A stretch of DNA of 64,000 nt from Hyaloraphidium curvatum SAG 235-1 (lineage: Eukaryota > Fungi > Monoblepharomycota), in the NCBI GenBank assembly GCA_025558095.1, contig JAIVFI010000024.1, positions 62,001-126,000 of the forward strand, written 5' to 3'. A program made the translations under genes and the position numbers. The notes under the pieces were generated by a model. That model did not search any database and had not been told where the DNA came from. It saw only the letters and a list, made by a program, of their open reading frames with translations. Of this stretch, positions 45,923 to 57,700 are shown in pieces (the first letter of the stretch is position 1; each line of letters begins with the position of its first letter).

Positions 45923-47937
45923 TCAGAGGGACGCGCCCATGAGCTGCGCGGCCTTCAAAGCCTGTCGAATCCCGCTGTCAGCCATGATCTCCTCGGATCC
46001 GCCGGGGATGGCGACGCCGCGGACTTCGCGGTAGGTGCGCTCGACGCGGCCGCCCTGCCCGCCCTTGGTGTACGAGATGCCGCCCATGATCTGGCACGCC
46101 TCGCGGGCGCAGAACTCGATGGTGCGCGAGCACTGCAGCTTGAGCAGCGACGTGTGCCCGCCGAGGCGGGTGTTGGCAAGGTCCTTGGGCATGAGGTTGA
46201 ACTGGTGCGTGAGGAAGTCGGCCCAGGCGGCGGTGGCCTCGATCTGGCGGGCCATCTGGGCGAACTTGTCGCGGATGACGGGGTGCTCGATGAGGTTCTT
46301 GCCGAAGGTCTTGCGGCGGTGCTGGAATGGGAGTGAGGATCAGAAATCGATCTCCAGCCAAGCGCGCCAAACGCACGGCGTAGTGCAGGGCGTCCTGGTA
46401 GACGATGCGGCACTGGCGGATCGCCTGGTAGGCAATGGTCAGGCGCTCGTGGTTGAAGTTGAACATGATGGTCTTGAAGCCCTCGTTGAGCTTGCCGATC
46501 AGGTTGCCCACGGGCACCTTGAAGTCCTCGAGCACGACAAACGAGGTGCCGGCGAGCGCCGACGCCTGGGTGTAGACGTGGCGGGTCGTCAAGCCGGGGC
46601 CGCGCTCCCAGAGCATCATCGAGATGCCGGCACCGCCCTGGCCGCCGGTGCGGACGGCGGCGGTGAAGAAGGTGGCGAAGGTGCCTGGGGAACGAGTCAG
46701 ACCCGTAGAACAACCACATCTCGCCCGAGATTGCCAACCGTTGGTGATCCACTTCTTCTCGCCGTTGACTATGAAGAACTTGCCGTCGTCCGACACCTTG
46801 CCGTTGGTCAGGATGCCCTGCACGTCCGACCCGGCGTGCGGCTCGGTGATGGCCAGCGCCATCTGCTCCTCGCCCGTGAGCACGAGCGGCACCACGCGGT
46901 CCCTGACCTCGGGCGCGCCGTACTGCACCAGCGGCGGGATGCCGTAGGCGACGCCCGTGGCGATACCCGCGACGATGCCGGCGAAGCCGGGGCGGAGGAG
47001 CTCGTCCCACACGATCTGCTCGTGGAAGGCGTCGAACTCGTCCTCGGTGAGGCCGGCGGGGAGCGCGGGGACGCCGGGGATCTTGCCGACGGTGTTGCCC
47101 TTGCGCCACGAGATGGGGCCCGTGAGGACGCGGAGGATGCCGGCCTTGCCGCAGGCCTTGTGGAACTCCTTGGGCAGGCTGGGCGGGCCGTCAGCAGGGC
47201 TCGGCAGGAAGCGCGGCGGAGGGACACCCACTACTTGCCGTGGCGGTCAGCGTCGTGCTCCCACTGGTCAGCGTACGGCATGATGTGCTCGTCCACCCAC
47301 TGGCGCATGAAGGCGCGCAGGCGGCGGTGCGACTCGTTGTAGTCTGGTAGGGAGGGCGGGGAGTCAGACCGAAGGCCGGACGCGGGCCAGAGAGCGACCC
47401 ACAGGGGCTGTAGTTGTCCTGGTACCTAGAAAGCGACAGAGCCGGTTCAGCACATCTCCAGCAGGAAAGGCAAGAGGAAACACACCACGCGGGTTCGCAG
47501 AAGGGCGCGAGGTCGCCAAAGACCTCGTTGTCGCCCGTCAGCCACTCGTTCTTCTTGGCCACCGGCGCGGCCTCCTTCTTCACGGCCTCGAGCGCGCTGC
47601 CGATCTCGCCGACGAGCAGCTTGGGCAGGTACTGCGCCTCCACGGCCGGCGAGTGGAAGGTCGCGAATTGCTTCGAGGCATCTTTGCCGGCGACGTTCAG
47701 GAGGATCTTCTTGCCGCCGGGGTGCTCGGCCGCGAACTTGGTCACGTCGTAGACTGCGGAACGGCACGAAAGGCACGCGGAACGGCACACCGAGGCGCGG
47801 GAGAGGGCCGCCGGGCGGGTTCGTCAGTCCGGGCCTGGGACGCCGTCGGCGGGCCACGCACCCTTCTGGTTGATGATGATCCACGCCGACTGCTCGTTCG
47901 CGTGGCCCGCAACTTCCTGAGGCGTAAATACCGGCAT
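45923..47937 (-). CDS. Acyl-CoA dehydrogenase with an N-terminal cytochrome b5 domain, multi-exon
   Basis: b5 part: AWIII..|VYDVTKFAAEHPGG...GKDAS..F..FH. ACAD part: LAITEPHAGSDV, NGEKKWITNG, FNHERL, QIMGG and IPGGSEEIM. Confidence 0.95.
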
Positions 47938-48468
47938 TTCGGCGACAGCTCAGCGGTAACTGATCGGGAAACAGTTGGGGTCGAGTCGAAAAGGGATCGG
48001 CGCCGGCACCGAAATCGGGCCGGTTCGCGTGCCGGATGACCCGCAATCCACTTCTTGGCGGGCCAGACCAGCTCTGGGAGCCTCACTATGGGCACTGCTT
48101 GATGTGCCGCTCCTCGCTGTTGGCCCCGATGCTCGTCCTCGCAACGCCGTCGCCGGACCTTTGTCAGCTCCTGAACCGGAAAGGTCGCCACCGGACCCCA
48201 CCATATCCGCTAGGCGTTCAAAGTTCAAACGAATGAAGTCATGAGCAGATCAGCTGCTCCTGATGGCTCTCCTCGTCTCCCGGTGCCCGTTTCCAAAGAC
48301 CCGTTCTGGACTTCGTGACTTCTCTTAGGACAATCGGCGCCTGATAGAGGACCATCTCATATCACGACCAGTAACACTGTCTACACTTCCGCCGGCGGTG
48401 CCGAGTATGTACAGCGCGCCTCGACGCGCGCACCTGCCCACGGGCCTTGACGGGCCCTTGCGGCCCCA

Positions 48469-49132
48469 TCACCTGCAGGGCGATGCCGGCCCGGGCCCGC
48501 TGTAGTTCGGGTCCTGCTTGCGGGTCTCCTGGTCGAGGAACTTGGACCCCGCGACCGTCAGCCCGGGCGTCGAGGCCGACCAGAGCTTCTTGCAGTTGGC
48601 GCGGTCGCACCCGCCGGCGAAGGTGTCGAAGTTGCTCGAGGGCTGCATCGTGCAGGTGCAGTAAGCCTTGGAGCTGTTTGTGGAGTCGATGGCACAGGGT
48701 GCGCCGTAGCCTAAGAGGCGGGGGAGTTGATCAGACCGTGATCGATGGCGGGCGGAGGGCGAGCCTACAGTTGGTCCACGGTCCGGCGTTGGCGCCGCCG
48801 CACCACAAGGCCTTGGCCTCGTTGTTGAAAGCATTGGAGAAGGTCGAGAGGATGTAGGTGCGTCCGTCCGGCATGCGTTTGGGGTCCCTATCGGTGCACT
48901 GGCCGGGCCCAATGTTCCACGTAGACAGCACGCTGCACTCGCAGAGCGCCGTCGGCGCAGCGTAGTTGAGCATGAGCGGCGCCGAGGGAACTACTTTGCA
49001 GGGCGCCATGTTGCAGAGGGCGAACTTGTTGTTGCAGACCACGCCGGTGCGGAGCGCGGCCGGCGGCGGGTTCGAGTTGGTCGCGAGCGCCGCGGGCAGG
49101 AGTCCGACGAGGAGCGCGAGCGCGAGGTACAT
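48469..49132 (-). CDS. Small secreted cysteine-rich protein (one intron)
   Basis: Signal peptide MYLALALLVGLLPAALA, then CNNKFALCNMAPC...CEC...LSTFS...WTNC|YGAPC...CTC...GGC...C..LWS. Confidence 0.8.
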
Positions 49133-49879
49133 TGGAGCGGTGTGTGCGGAGGGCGGTTTAGGGAGGGAAGTTGGTGTTCGATGTTCGGAAAGTGTGACTC
49201 CGCTGTTTGTCATCCGCGGCAAGTCAGGCCCGAGGATGTGGCTGTACGGCGAGTCACTCGGGACTCTCGTTCACTCGCGCTGGCCTAAACAAATCGCAGA
49301 CCGAAATCTTCGCAGTGGTGGTTCCTGCTACACTTTGCCGGGCAGGGACGGCCCCGACATTCACCTCACCGTCATCCGGTTTGCTTCGTGACTCACCCCG
49401 AGCTTGGCTACCTTGGTGATTCGTTGCGCACCCATCTCTGCCAAAACGGCACATCCGGGCAGTGCTCCTTCGCGAGCGGCTACCGGCCGGATGCGAGTAA
49501 GTGGAAAGCCGCGCTGCGCAAGGTCTGCGAGGAGATCGAGCACTACCATGCCATTTCATCTCCCTCGCCGAGCACTGGGCCCGCGTTTTCATGGCCAAGG
49601 GCTTTCTATGCTTTAGAAGGAAGGTAGTGGTGAACGGGCGGTGCAGGAGGAGCTGCCGTTGGGGAGGATCGTCCGGTGGCGCCAACGGCGAGGCTCTGTG
49701 CTCGGCGTGTCCCACGGACCCGTCTAGGACTGAATCGTGCGGCTTTCATTACGTGGCTATGAAAACGGAGACGATCCCTGGGGTTTGTTCGTATCCCGCG
49801 GCCTGGAGGGTCCCTTCCTTCATTGAGGGACACCGACGAGTTCCACCGCCGCGCCCCCCCCCCCTCCCCTCCCCTCCCG

Positions 49880-50313
49880 ATGGACCTGAAGCGCATCGCG
49901 CTCTCCGAGGCCATCCCGCGCCGGATGGTGAGCACCCTGCTCGAGCCCCCGTCCGGGTCTCGGATCGCGGAGCAGCTCGGCATGGTCAAGGGGATCACGG
50001 TCCGGAGCCGGAACATGTTCGCTGCCATCGGCGGCTCGTTCAAGTCGTTGGTGGGTGCGCTCATGTGCCGCGGCCGGGGCGGGAAGCTCACCAGGCGCCG
50101 CAGGTCGGCGGGAACATCGAGACGTTCAGGACGCTGTGCGAGGACACCCGCGCGGACGCGTACAACAGGATGGTGGACGAAGCCTTCGCCCTGGGTGCCA
50201 ATGCTGTACTGGGGATGCGGTACGAGAGCAATTCTATCGGGGAGGGGATCACGGAGGTCCTGTGCTACGGGACCGCCGTCAGGGTAGTGCAGGATGGGGC
50301 AGGGAAGGCTTGA
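49880..50313 (+). CDS. YbjQ/UPF0145 family protein
   Basis: Motifs LGMVKGITVRSRN, GGNIETF, RADAYNRM..EA..LGANAVLGMRY and EVLCYGTAV. One intron at about 50051-50104. Confidence 0.9.
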
Positions 50314-50499
50314 AGTTGCATTGCTTAAACCCCTGATGGATGTAACAGCTCTAGTTGTATTCTCTCTTCGCTGCAACAGTATGCCTTGGCGTTGATGATC
50401 TGAAGACTGCATGGCCCGGGGAGGAGCAGTCGGGAGTGGGCGTAAACAAAGGCCAAACAACGAGCTCCGGGTGTCACTCCCGAAGCGTCTCCCGCCGCG

Positions 50500-51444
50500 A
50501 TGCCTCTTCACCCCGTCGCCGCGCAGATGGTGGCCTCGTCCAAGGCCTCGGGCCGCCCCAACGCGCACCTGAACCCGGTCCCCGTCGCCCGCGCCAACTT
50601 TGAATCCGACTTTGGCGGGCTCGCTAAGCCCCCCGTCGCCTCGGTCAAGGACGTCACCATCAAAACCCGGGCAGGCGAAATCCCGGGCCGGCTGTACAGG
50701 AACTCGGAGGCGTCCGCGCTCCCGCTGGTCGTCTGGCTGCACGGCGGCGGCTGGGTCCTGGGCAGCGTCGACACGGCCGACGTTGTGTGCAGGCGGCTGT
50801 GCCTTTCCTCGGGCTGCGCGGTGCTCAGCGTCGGATACCGCCTCTCCCCCGAGGCCAAGTTCCCCGCGGCCGTCGAGGACGCCGTGGACGCGATCAAGTG
50901 GGCGCACGCCAACGCCGCGGAGCTGGACGTCGATCCCGCACGGTTGGCGATGGCGGGCGATTCGGCGGGGGGCAACCTCGCTGCGGCGGCGTGCATCGCG
51001 CTGCGGGACGTCGGGGACGAGGACGGGCCCAAGGTCTCGCTGCAGCTCCTCGTCTATCCCGTTTCGACCTGCGACGTCGACAAGGGCTTCCACATGGAGT
51101 ACGACGGGATCATACTCTTTCGCGACGAGATGCTCTGGCATCAAGCGAACTACCTCCGCACCCCCGCCGACGCGACGGACCCGCTCGTGGCCGTCGCAAC
51201 CGCCGACCTCCGCGGCCTGCCGCCGGCGGTGGTCGTCCTCGCCGAATGCGACCCCGTGCGGCCGCAGGGCGTCATGCTCGCCGAGGCGCTGAGGGATGCG
51301 GGGGTGCCGGTGGACGTGTTCGAGGCGCCGACCCTGCCGCACGGGTTCTTCGGGCTCGAGGAGCTGTTCCCCGAGGCGGAGGGTGCGATGACGTTCGCGG
51401 GCAAAAGGCTGGCCGAGGTGCTGGGGCTGATTGATTGGGAGTGA
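50500..51444 (+). CDS. Alpha/beta hydrolase, HSL-family esterase/lipase
   Basis: Motifs HGGGW, YRLSPEAKFPAA, GDSAGG, ECDPVR and HGF; intronless. Confidence 0.95.
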   Translation: MPLHPVAAQMVASSKASGRPNAHLNPVPVARANFESDFGGLAKPPVASVKDVTIKTRAGEIPGRLYRNSEASALPLVVWLHGGGWVLGSVDTADVVCRRLCLSSGCAVLSVGYRLSPEAKFPAAVEDAVDAIKWAHANAAELDVDPARLAMAGDSAGGNLAAAACIALRDVGDEDGPKVSLQLLVYPVSTCDVDKGFHMEYDGIILFRDEMLWHQANYLRTPADATDPLVAVATADLRGLPPAVVVLAECDPVRPQGVMLAEALRDAGVPVDVFEAPTLPHGFFGLEELFPEAEGAMTFAGKRLAEVLGLIDWE

Positions 51445-51556
51445 CACGGAGTGTTCGACGCAGTGTCTATCAATGGAATGGATGAAGGTCGTCGAGTACA
51501 TGGTATCCTCTCTCTGGGTCATATCGGTATCGTTTCGTGTCGTTCCCCCACTAAGC

Positions 51557-52558
51557 TTAGGCCAGCAAGACGGCAGCAGCTATCGCCATCATCCCGACAG
51601 CGCCTGCAGCAACCGAGCGTCCGGCCGACGACGGTCGGCTCGTGGTGCTCGACGCCGGCGCGCCCGTCGTCGTCGCGGCCCCCGCCGACGTGGTCGAAGC
51701 CGACGCCGGGGCGCTGCTGGTGCTCGCCTGCGCGCTGGCGGTGGTGGCCTGCCCCGCCGTCGTGGATGCCTGCCCCGCCGAGCTGGTCGCCGGCGAGCTT
51801 CCCGAGACGTCGAACGCGACCACGGCCGGGAAGACGGGGAACGTGGTGTTCTCGGCGCAGCGGAACTTGTTCCCGCCCGTGAACTCGTCGAAGGCGCAGC
51901 AGGCGAAGAAGTCCACCCGGGTAAGGTTCACGGCCGCGGCGAGCGGGGAGGGGTCGAAGACCGCCGTGCCCTCCGAGGTGTTTGCCAGGGCGAAGATCCC
52001 AGAGAGCGCGCCGGCGGTGCTCATGCCGTCGTACGCCTGGTACATCGCGTAGTTCTGGCCCTTCCAGTTCCATCCGTTTGCGGCACCGACGCGGTTGCAG
52101 CGGGCCGCGGCGTCGGCGGGCGCCCAGCCGACGGTGATGTTGGCGACCTCGAGCATGACGGCGGCGGGGGTGACGGGGAACACGGTGCCTTCGGCGCAGC
52201 GGTACTTGTTGCCGCCGGCGGTGAACTGGTCAAAGGCGCAGCAGCCCGTAAAGTCCAGCCGCGAGAGCTGCACCGCGGCTTCGAGGGAAGCGGCGTCGAA
52301 GGTCGCGGAGCCATCGGTGTTGTTGGCCAGGGCAAAGGTGCCGCCCAGCGCTCCCGAGGGCGTGCCCTGGTTGTAGCCCTGGTACATCAGGTAGACCTGG
52401 TTGCCCCACGTGTAGTTGAGGGCGGCGGCAGCCTGGTTGCACTGCGCGGCGACGGCGGCGGGGTCCCAGGACGGCGAGTAGCTCGCGGCGAGCGCTGGCC
52501 CGGCGGCGAACGGGGTCACCAGGGCGGCGGCGAGGAGGAGGTGCACGAGGCGCGGCAT
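51557..52558 (-). CDS. Secreted, probably GPI-anchored protein with two tandem ~110-aa Cys-containing domains
   Basis: Signal peptide, a duplicated domain, a Ser/Thr/Ala stalk and a hydrophobic C-terminal tail. Confidence 0.85.
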   Translation of the reverse strand: MPRLVHLLLAAALVTPFAAGPALAASYSPSWDPAAVAAQCNQAAAALNYTWGNQVYLMYQGYNQGTPSGALGGTFALANNTDGSATFDAASLEAAVQLSRLDFTGCCAFDQFTAGGNKYRCAEGTVFPVTPAAVMLEVANITVGWAPADAAARCNRVGAANGWNWKGQNYAMYQAYDGMSTAGALSGIFALANTSEGTAVFDPSPLAAAVNLTRVDFFACCAFDEFTGGNKFRCAENTTFPVFPAVVAFDVSGSSPATSSAGQASTTAGQATTASAQASTSSAPASASTTSAGAATTTGAPASSTTSRPSSAGRSVAAGAVGMMAIAAAVLLA

Positions 52559-52837
52559 GGTCGGGCGGAGTTCGGCTTTAGGTATGACGGGTTGCTCGGG
52601 TGCCGGAGAGCCGGCTCGTGAACGGGGTTTAGGAGGCTGCGGGAGTCGGCGGGAATCCGGCGAATACGGGCCGGGAGGTCGATATGAGGGGCAGAAAACA
52701 CCGTTTCGCCTGGTCGCTGGGTGGCGTTTCCCGTCCGGCCGCCCGCTTCTTATCCGGCCCGGTTGATTTGGGGCGGAGTCGCGAGGGACGCCTCGCCACA
52801 AACAACGCCACTTTCTGTTTCCGGCTCCGATTTTCCG

Positions 52838-54403
52838 ATGGATCCGCCCGGGGAACACGCCGATGCGTCAGGGAATGGCAATCTTTCCCCGCCGATCGGC
52901 ACGACCCGCCCGCCGGGGCTGGCGCAGCAGCTCCGTATGGCCCTCGTCAGGTTCGCAGAGGCGCTCCCCCGCGGCCTGCTCGCCGCCGTGCTCGCCGCGA
53001 TCCTTCGCACCGTGCGGTTCGCCGCAAAACCGCTGGCAAAGTTCGGCATAGGTGTGGGACTGCAGGCGCCGCGGCCGGGGGACGCTTCGCTGTCGGCGGA
53101 CTGGGTCAAGGACGTGCTGCGGAGGCAGGGGGCGATTCCGGCCGACGCCGTCGTCGTCTCGGCGGAGATAATGGGGCTGGAAGGCAACCGCGGCCTATCG
53201 GGGGCCATGTCGCGGATCAAACTGTCGTACTCCGGCGGTTCCCCGCCCCCCGGCGCGCCGAGGACGCTGATCCTCAAGCGCACGCGGCGCACGGTCGCGG
53301 ACAGGCAGCGCAACGCCTTTTCAGGGGCGTACAGGGAGGCGCTCTTCTACGGCTCGGCGTTTGCCCGGCACCCGGCCGTCGCGCCCGTGCTCCCCACCGT
53401 GTACCACGCCGCCGGCTCGCCCTGGCTGTGCGAGTACACGCTGCTGCTCGCGGACTCGACCGACGACCCGGCACACCCGGTGGTGGGCGCCAACATGGTG
53501 TACGGGAACCAGATATGGGGCGTGCCCAAGGACCTTCCCGTCTCGCCGCTGCCGGACCGGCGGATGACGCTGGCCAAGCAGTTCTCGTACGCGGCACGGA
53601 TCCACGCGGCCTTCTGGAACGACGAACGGCTGGTGTCGCCCGAGTTTGCCTACTTGAGGAACAACCCGTGGTACCGCGGCGCAGGGCGCGCCCGGTGGGA
53701 GCTCGCGATCGAGATGGGAAGGCGGGGGTGGGAGGCGACCAAGCACAAGACCACGCTCGCGGACCCGTCTTCCAAACTGACTTTCGACCCGGAGTTTGTT
53801 GCGTTCGTGGACGCGTCGTACGGCCACACCTCGTGGGAGGCGCTCCAATCGTGGATCAACGCACGCGACGCCTCGGGGCGCCGCACGACGGCCTTCACGC
53901 TGTGCCACAACGATTTCCACGCCTCGAACCAGTTCCTCGTCTCGGACCCCTCGCAAGGGGCCGGGTTCCCGTTCCGCTTCCAGCTGTTCGACTGGTCCGA
54001 GGTCGGCCCCTGGTCGCCCGGCGCGGACCTCGCGCAGACGCTCGTCTCGGACCTACCCCCGGATTTCGTCCGCGAGCACGCGACGGCGCTGTTCGAGGGG
54101 TACCACGCCGAGCTGCTCTCGCTCCGCCCCGAGGCCGCGGAAGACTACCCCCTCCACATCGCCCGCCGCGACTTTGTTGCGGGGGGCACCGAGCGCTGGG
54201 TGTGGGTGTTTTCGATCCTCGGGGCATTCCCTGGGATCCCCGATGCGGCCGTGGGGTACTTTTACCGGCAGGTGTGGGGGTGGATCCGGGCGGCGCGGGA
54301 GATGGACTGGGAGGGGTTGGCAGGAGATGGGGAGGACGAAAAGGGGGTGGTGGACGGGGTGAGGAGGTGGGTTGCGCTCAAGCCCGTGGTGCTGTACCTG
54401 TAG
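52838..54403 (+). CDS. Choline/aminoglycoside/ecdysteroid kinase-like phosphotransferase
   Basis: Motifs TLILK, REALFY, TLCHNDFHASN (Brenner motif) and LFDWS; intronless. Confidence 0.8.
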   Translation: MDPPGEHADASGNGNLSPPIGTTRPPGLAQQLRMALVRFAEALPRGLLAAVLAAILRTVRFAAKPLAKFGIGVGLQAPRPGDASLSADWVKDVLRRQGAIPADAVVVSAEIMGLEGNRGLSGAMSRIKLSYSGGSPPPGAPRTLILKRTRRTVADRQRNAFSGAYREALFYGSAFARHPAVAPVLPTVYHAAGSPWLCEYTLLLADSTDDPAHPVVGANMVYGNQIWGVPKDLPVSPLPDRRMTLAKQFSYAARIHAAFWNDERLVSPEFAYLRNNPWYRGAGRARWELAIEMGRRGWEATKHKTTLADPSSKLTFDPEFVAFVDASYGHTSWEALQSWINARDASGRRTTAFTLCHNDFHASNQFLVSDPSQGAGFPFRFQLFDWSEVGPWSPGADLAQTLVSDLPPDFVREHATALFEGYHAELLSLRPEAAEDYPLHIARRDFVAGGTERWVWVFSILGAFPGIPDAAVGYFYRQVWGWIRAAREMDWEGLAGDGEDEKGVVDGVRRWVALKPVVLYL

Positions 54404-54754
54404 ATGGGAGGCGTTGCAGGATGCAGCCGCGTCGGTGCATCGTGCGATCGGACCGCCGTCCGAAGCTCGCATCAGCTGTTCCATTTACAGCTCTAGGCGA
54501 AGCATCGAGCGATGAGTCCAGTCCTCGTATCCTTGTGTTCGGCGGGAAAACGGGGTGGGGGCGGGGTGGGAGGACGTGACCGGTGCCCGGTCACCTTCGC
54601 CACTTCGGCGCCTGAACAAGGCACGCCGGCACCGCGCCCCGCGACCGGCCGGCCGGTGCCAGCGGCGATGTCTTTTCGCCGGCCCCCACACCGGCGGCCG
54701 AGCTAGGCGGGAGAGCGCGAGCGCCACCGGGCAAAGTCCGCACGGGCAGCCGCG

Positions 54755-57700
54755 ATGCTCCAGACAATCAGCGCCCGCGTCAAGCGCGCCCGGTCGGCGA
54801 CGGCAAAGTCCGCCGCGACCGCCGTTTCCTCGGTGGACGAGCCGCCGGGCGCGACGCCGGACGCGAACGGGCAGGCCGCGCCCGCCCCCGATGGCGCGCC
54901 CGATTTAAGGCTCCGCACCGACTCGCAGTTCGCCGGCAAGGCCGCCGTGTCGGACGGCCTGCCGGTGCTGCCCGCCGCCGCAGACGACGGCTACATCGGC
55001 GCGCGCAAGGGCAGCTTCGCCAACGGCAACCCAAAGGTCGTGGCGTCCTTCTACAACACCATGGCCGTGCCGCCGTCGGCGAGGGTGCCGACGCGGGGCA
55101 GCATCTCGGACGACGCCGTCGGGGCGGGTTCCCCGCCGGGGATGGCCAGGGGCGCGTCGTGGGTGCAGGCGGCGGCCACGGAGAAGCTCAAGGACGCGCC
55201 GTCGGGACGCGACAGGGTGAAATTCCCGGACTACCCGGGCTACCGGATAACAAAGAAGCTGGACGAGACGCCGAATTGCAGCGTGTACCGCGCCGTGCGC
55301 TACGGGGACGGGAGCAACCGGCCGGTCATCCTGAAGGTGGGTTGCTAACTTGAAATGGACCCCTGCAAGATCTGACCGCATTGCACCTCATGATCTGCTA
55401 CCGCTTGATCTGTCCATTGCACTTTTGGTACCCGTCATTCGCACACCCGCCCATTGGCAGGCTTTGGACAAACCGTACCCCGCGGTCGAGGACGTGCAGC
55501 GCTACCGCAACGAGTTCGAGCTCCTCACCAAGGCGGCCCACATCCCCGGCGTCGTGCACGGCGTGGCGCTCGAGCGCTTCGCCAACGACGTCATGGTCAT
55601 GGTCCTCGAGGACATCGGCGGCCAGTCGATCTGGCAGTACCTGCTGCAGCACGCCTCGGAGCAGCACCCCGCCGGCATCGGCCTCATCACCGAGGACGAC
55701 GAGCTCGACTCGGACCTCGGCGCGGCGCCCATCTCGGGCGTCCCCGCGCTCGGCCGCATCGCGCCCGAGACCGTGCTCCGCATCGCCCTGGACGTCGCCC
55801 GCACCCTCGCCGCACTGCACGACATCCCCATCGTGCACAAGGACGTCACGCCGCAGAACATGATCTGGAACCAGGCCACGGGCGAGGTCCGCCTGATCGA
55901 TTTTGCCGCCTCGTTCGCGGGCCAGTTCGAGCGCCCTTTCGAGCTGCAGGGCACGCTGGCCTGGATCCCGCCCGAGCAGACCGCGCGGATCAACCGCAAC
56001 ATCGACTCGCGCTCGGACCTGTACGGCCTCGGCGCGAGCATGTACACCATGCTCACTGGGCGCACGCCCTTCCGCACCTCGGACCCGCTCGAGCTGCTGC
56101 ACTGCACCCTGGCCGTGGAGCCGCCGGCCATCGTGGACGACAAGATCCCCGAGATGGTGGTCAAGATCATCGCCAAGCTGGTGAAAAAGTCGCCCGAGGA
56201 CCGGTACCAGTCCGCCGAGGGGCTCATCGCGGACCTCGAGACCTGCCTGGACTACCTCGTCAACCGCGGGGCCGGCGGCCGCGGCTCCGTCGGCGGCGGC
56301 CTCGCGGCGGGAAGCCGCCAGCTGCGCCGGATGACCTCGGCCAACAGCGAGCACAGCGGCGGCCCGCTGAGCCCCACGGCGCCGGGCGAGATACCCCTGT
56401 TCGAGCTGGGCGAGTACGACACGCGGCGGCTCGAAATCCCGGCTAAGCTGTACGGCCGCGAGCGCGAGATCTCCGAGATCCACCGCGCCTTCGAGTTCGT
56501 CGCGTCGGAGCACCAGCCCGAGGTGGTGCTCATCGGCGGGTACTCGGGCATCGGCAAGACGAGCATGGTCTGGGAGGCCGTGGCCACGGGCATTCTGCAG
56601 CGCAAGGGCAACTTCCTCAAGGGGAAATTCGACCAGATGCGGAGCCAGCCGTACCACGCCATCCTCCGCGCGTTCGGCGAGTTCCTGCGGGGCATCCTGA
56701 AGGAGGAGGCCGTGGTGATGGAGGGGTGGAAGGCGAGGTTCGAAAAGGTCAACTCGCGGCTGTCCACCATCATGGTGGACCTGATCCCGGAGCTGTCCTA
56801 TTTTCTGGACGAGAAGAAGCTCGTCGCGCTGCCGCGGAACCAGGCCTTCGAGCGCTTCAACATGGCCTTTTTCGAGTTCATCTCGGTCTTCCTGGATGAG
56901 TCGGCGCCGCTGGTCATGTTCCTGGACGACATGCAGTGGGCCGACCTGGCGTCGCTCAAGCTGGTGGAGAACATCCTCGACAACATCACCTCGAACCACG
57001 TGCTCTACAACAACTCCTCCTACCCCTTCCTCTTCATCGGCTCGTACCGCTCCAACGAGGTGACCCAGGGCCACCACCTCATGTCCTTCTTCAAGCGCCT
57101 GCAGGACGAGGGCATCACCGTCAACGACATTGTCCTGCAGCCGCTCAACGTGGACGACGTCATCAACCTCCTCGCCGACACGGTGGCCAAGCCAAAGACC
57201 AACCGCGGCGTGCAGGAGCTCGCCAAGGTGGTATTCGAAAAGGCCGGCGGCAACCCGTTCTACATCAAGCAGCTGCTCATGAAGATGTACGACGAGAAGA
57301 TGTTCTCGCAGGTGTGCGACCGCGTCACGCGCAAGTTCGCGTGGTCGTGGAACATGCCCCGCATACGGACGCTGGCCATCATGGACAACGTGGCCGACAT
57401 TTTGGTGGCCACCATGGCACAGCTGCCCACCGACAGCCGCACGGCGATCAAGACCGCCGCGTGCTTCGGGAGCATCTTCACGCTCGAGGACCTGTCGGAG
57501 GTGCTGGTGCGGTCGCCGCGGGACGTGGGCGTGGACCTCCACGAGCCCATCGACAAGGGGCTGGTGGCGGGGCGGACCTTCTTCTCGGGGCGCATCAGCA
57601 GGGAGATGGACGACCAGACCATCGCACGGCTGATACAGAGCGACAAGCCGTCCTACGTCTTCCTGCACGACCGCATCATGCAGGCCGCGTACGAGCTCAA

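Noticed and set aside
45923-47937. Cytochrome b5-acyl-CoA dehydrogenase fusion as a novelty
   Set aside because: This architecture is already known in fungi.
49200-49870. Short Cys-containing ORF fragments upstream of YbjQ
   Set aside because: I could not build a coherent spliced model or recognise a family.
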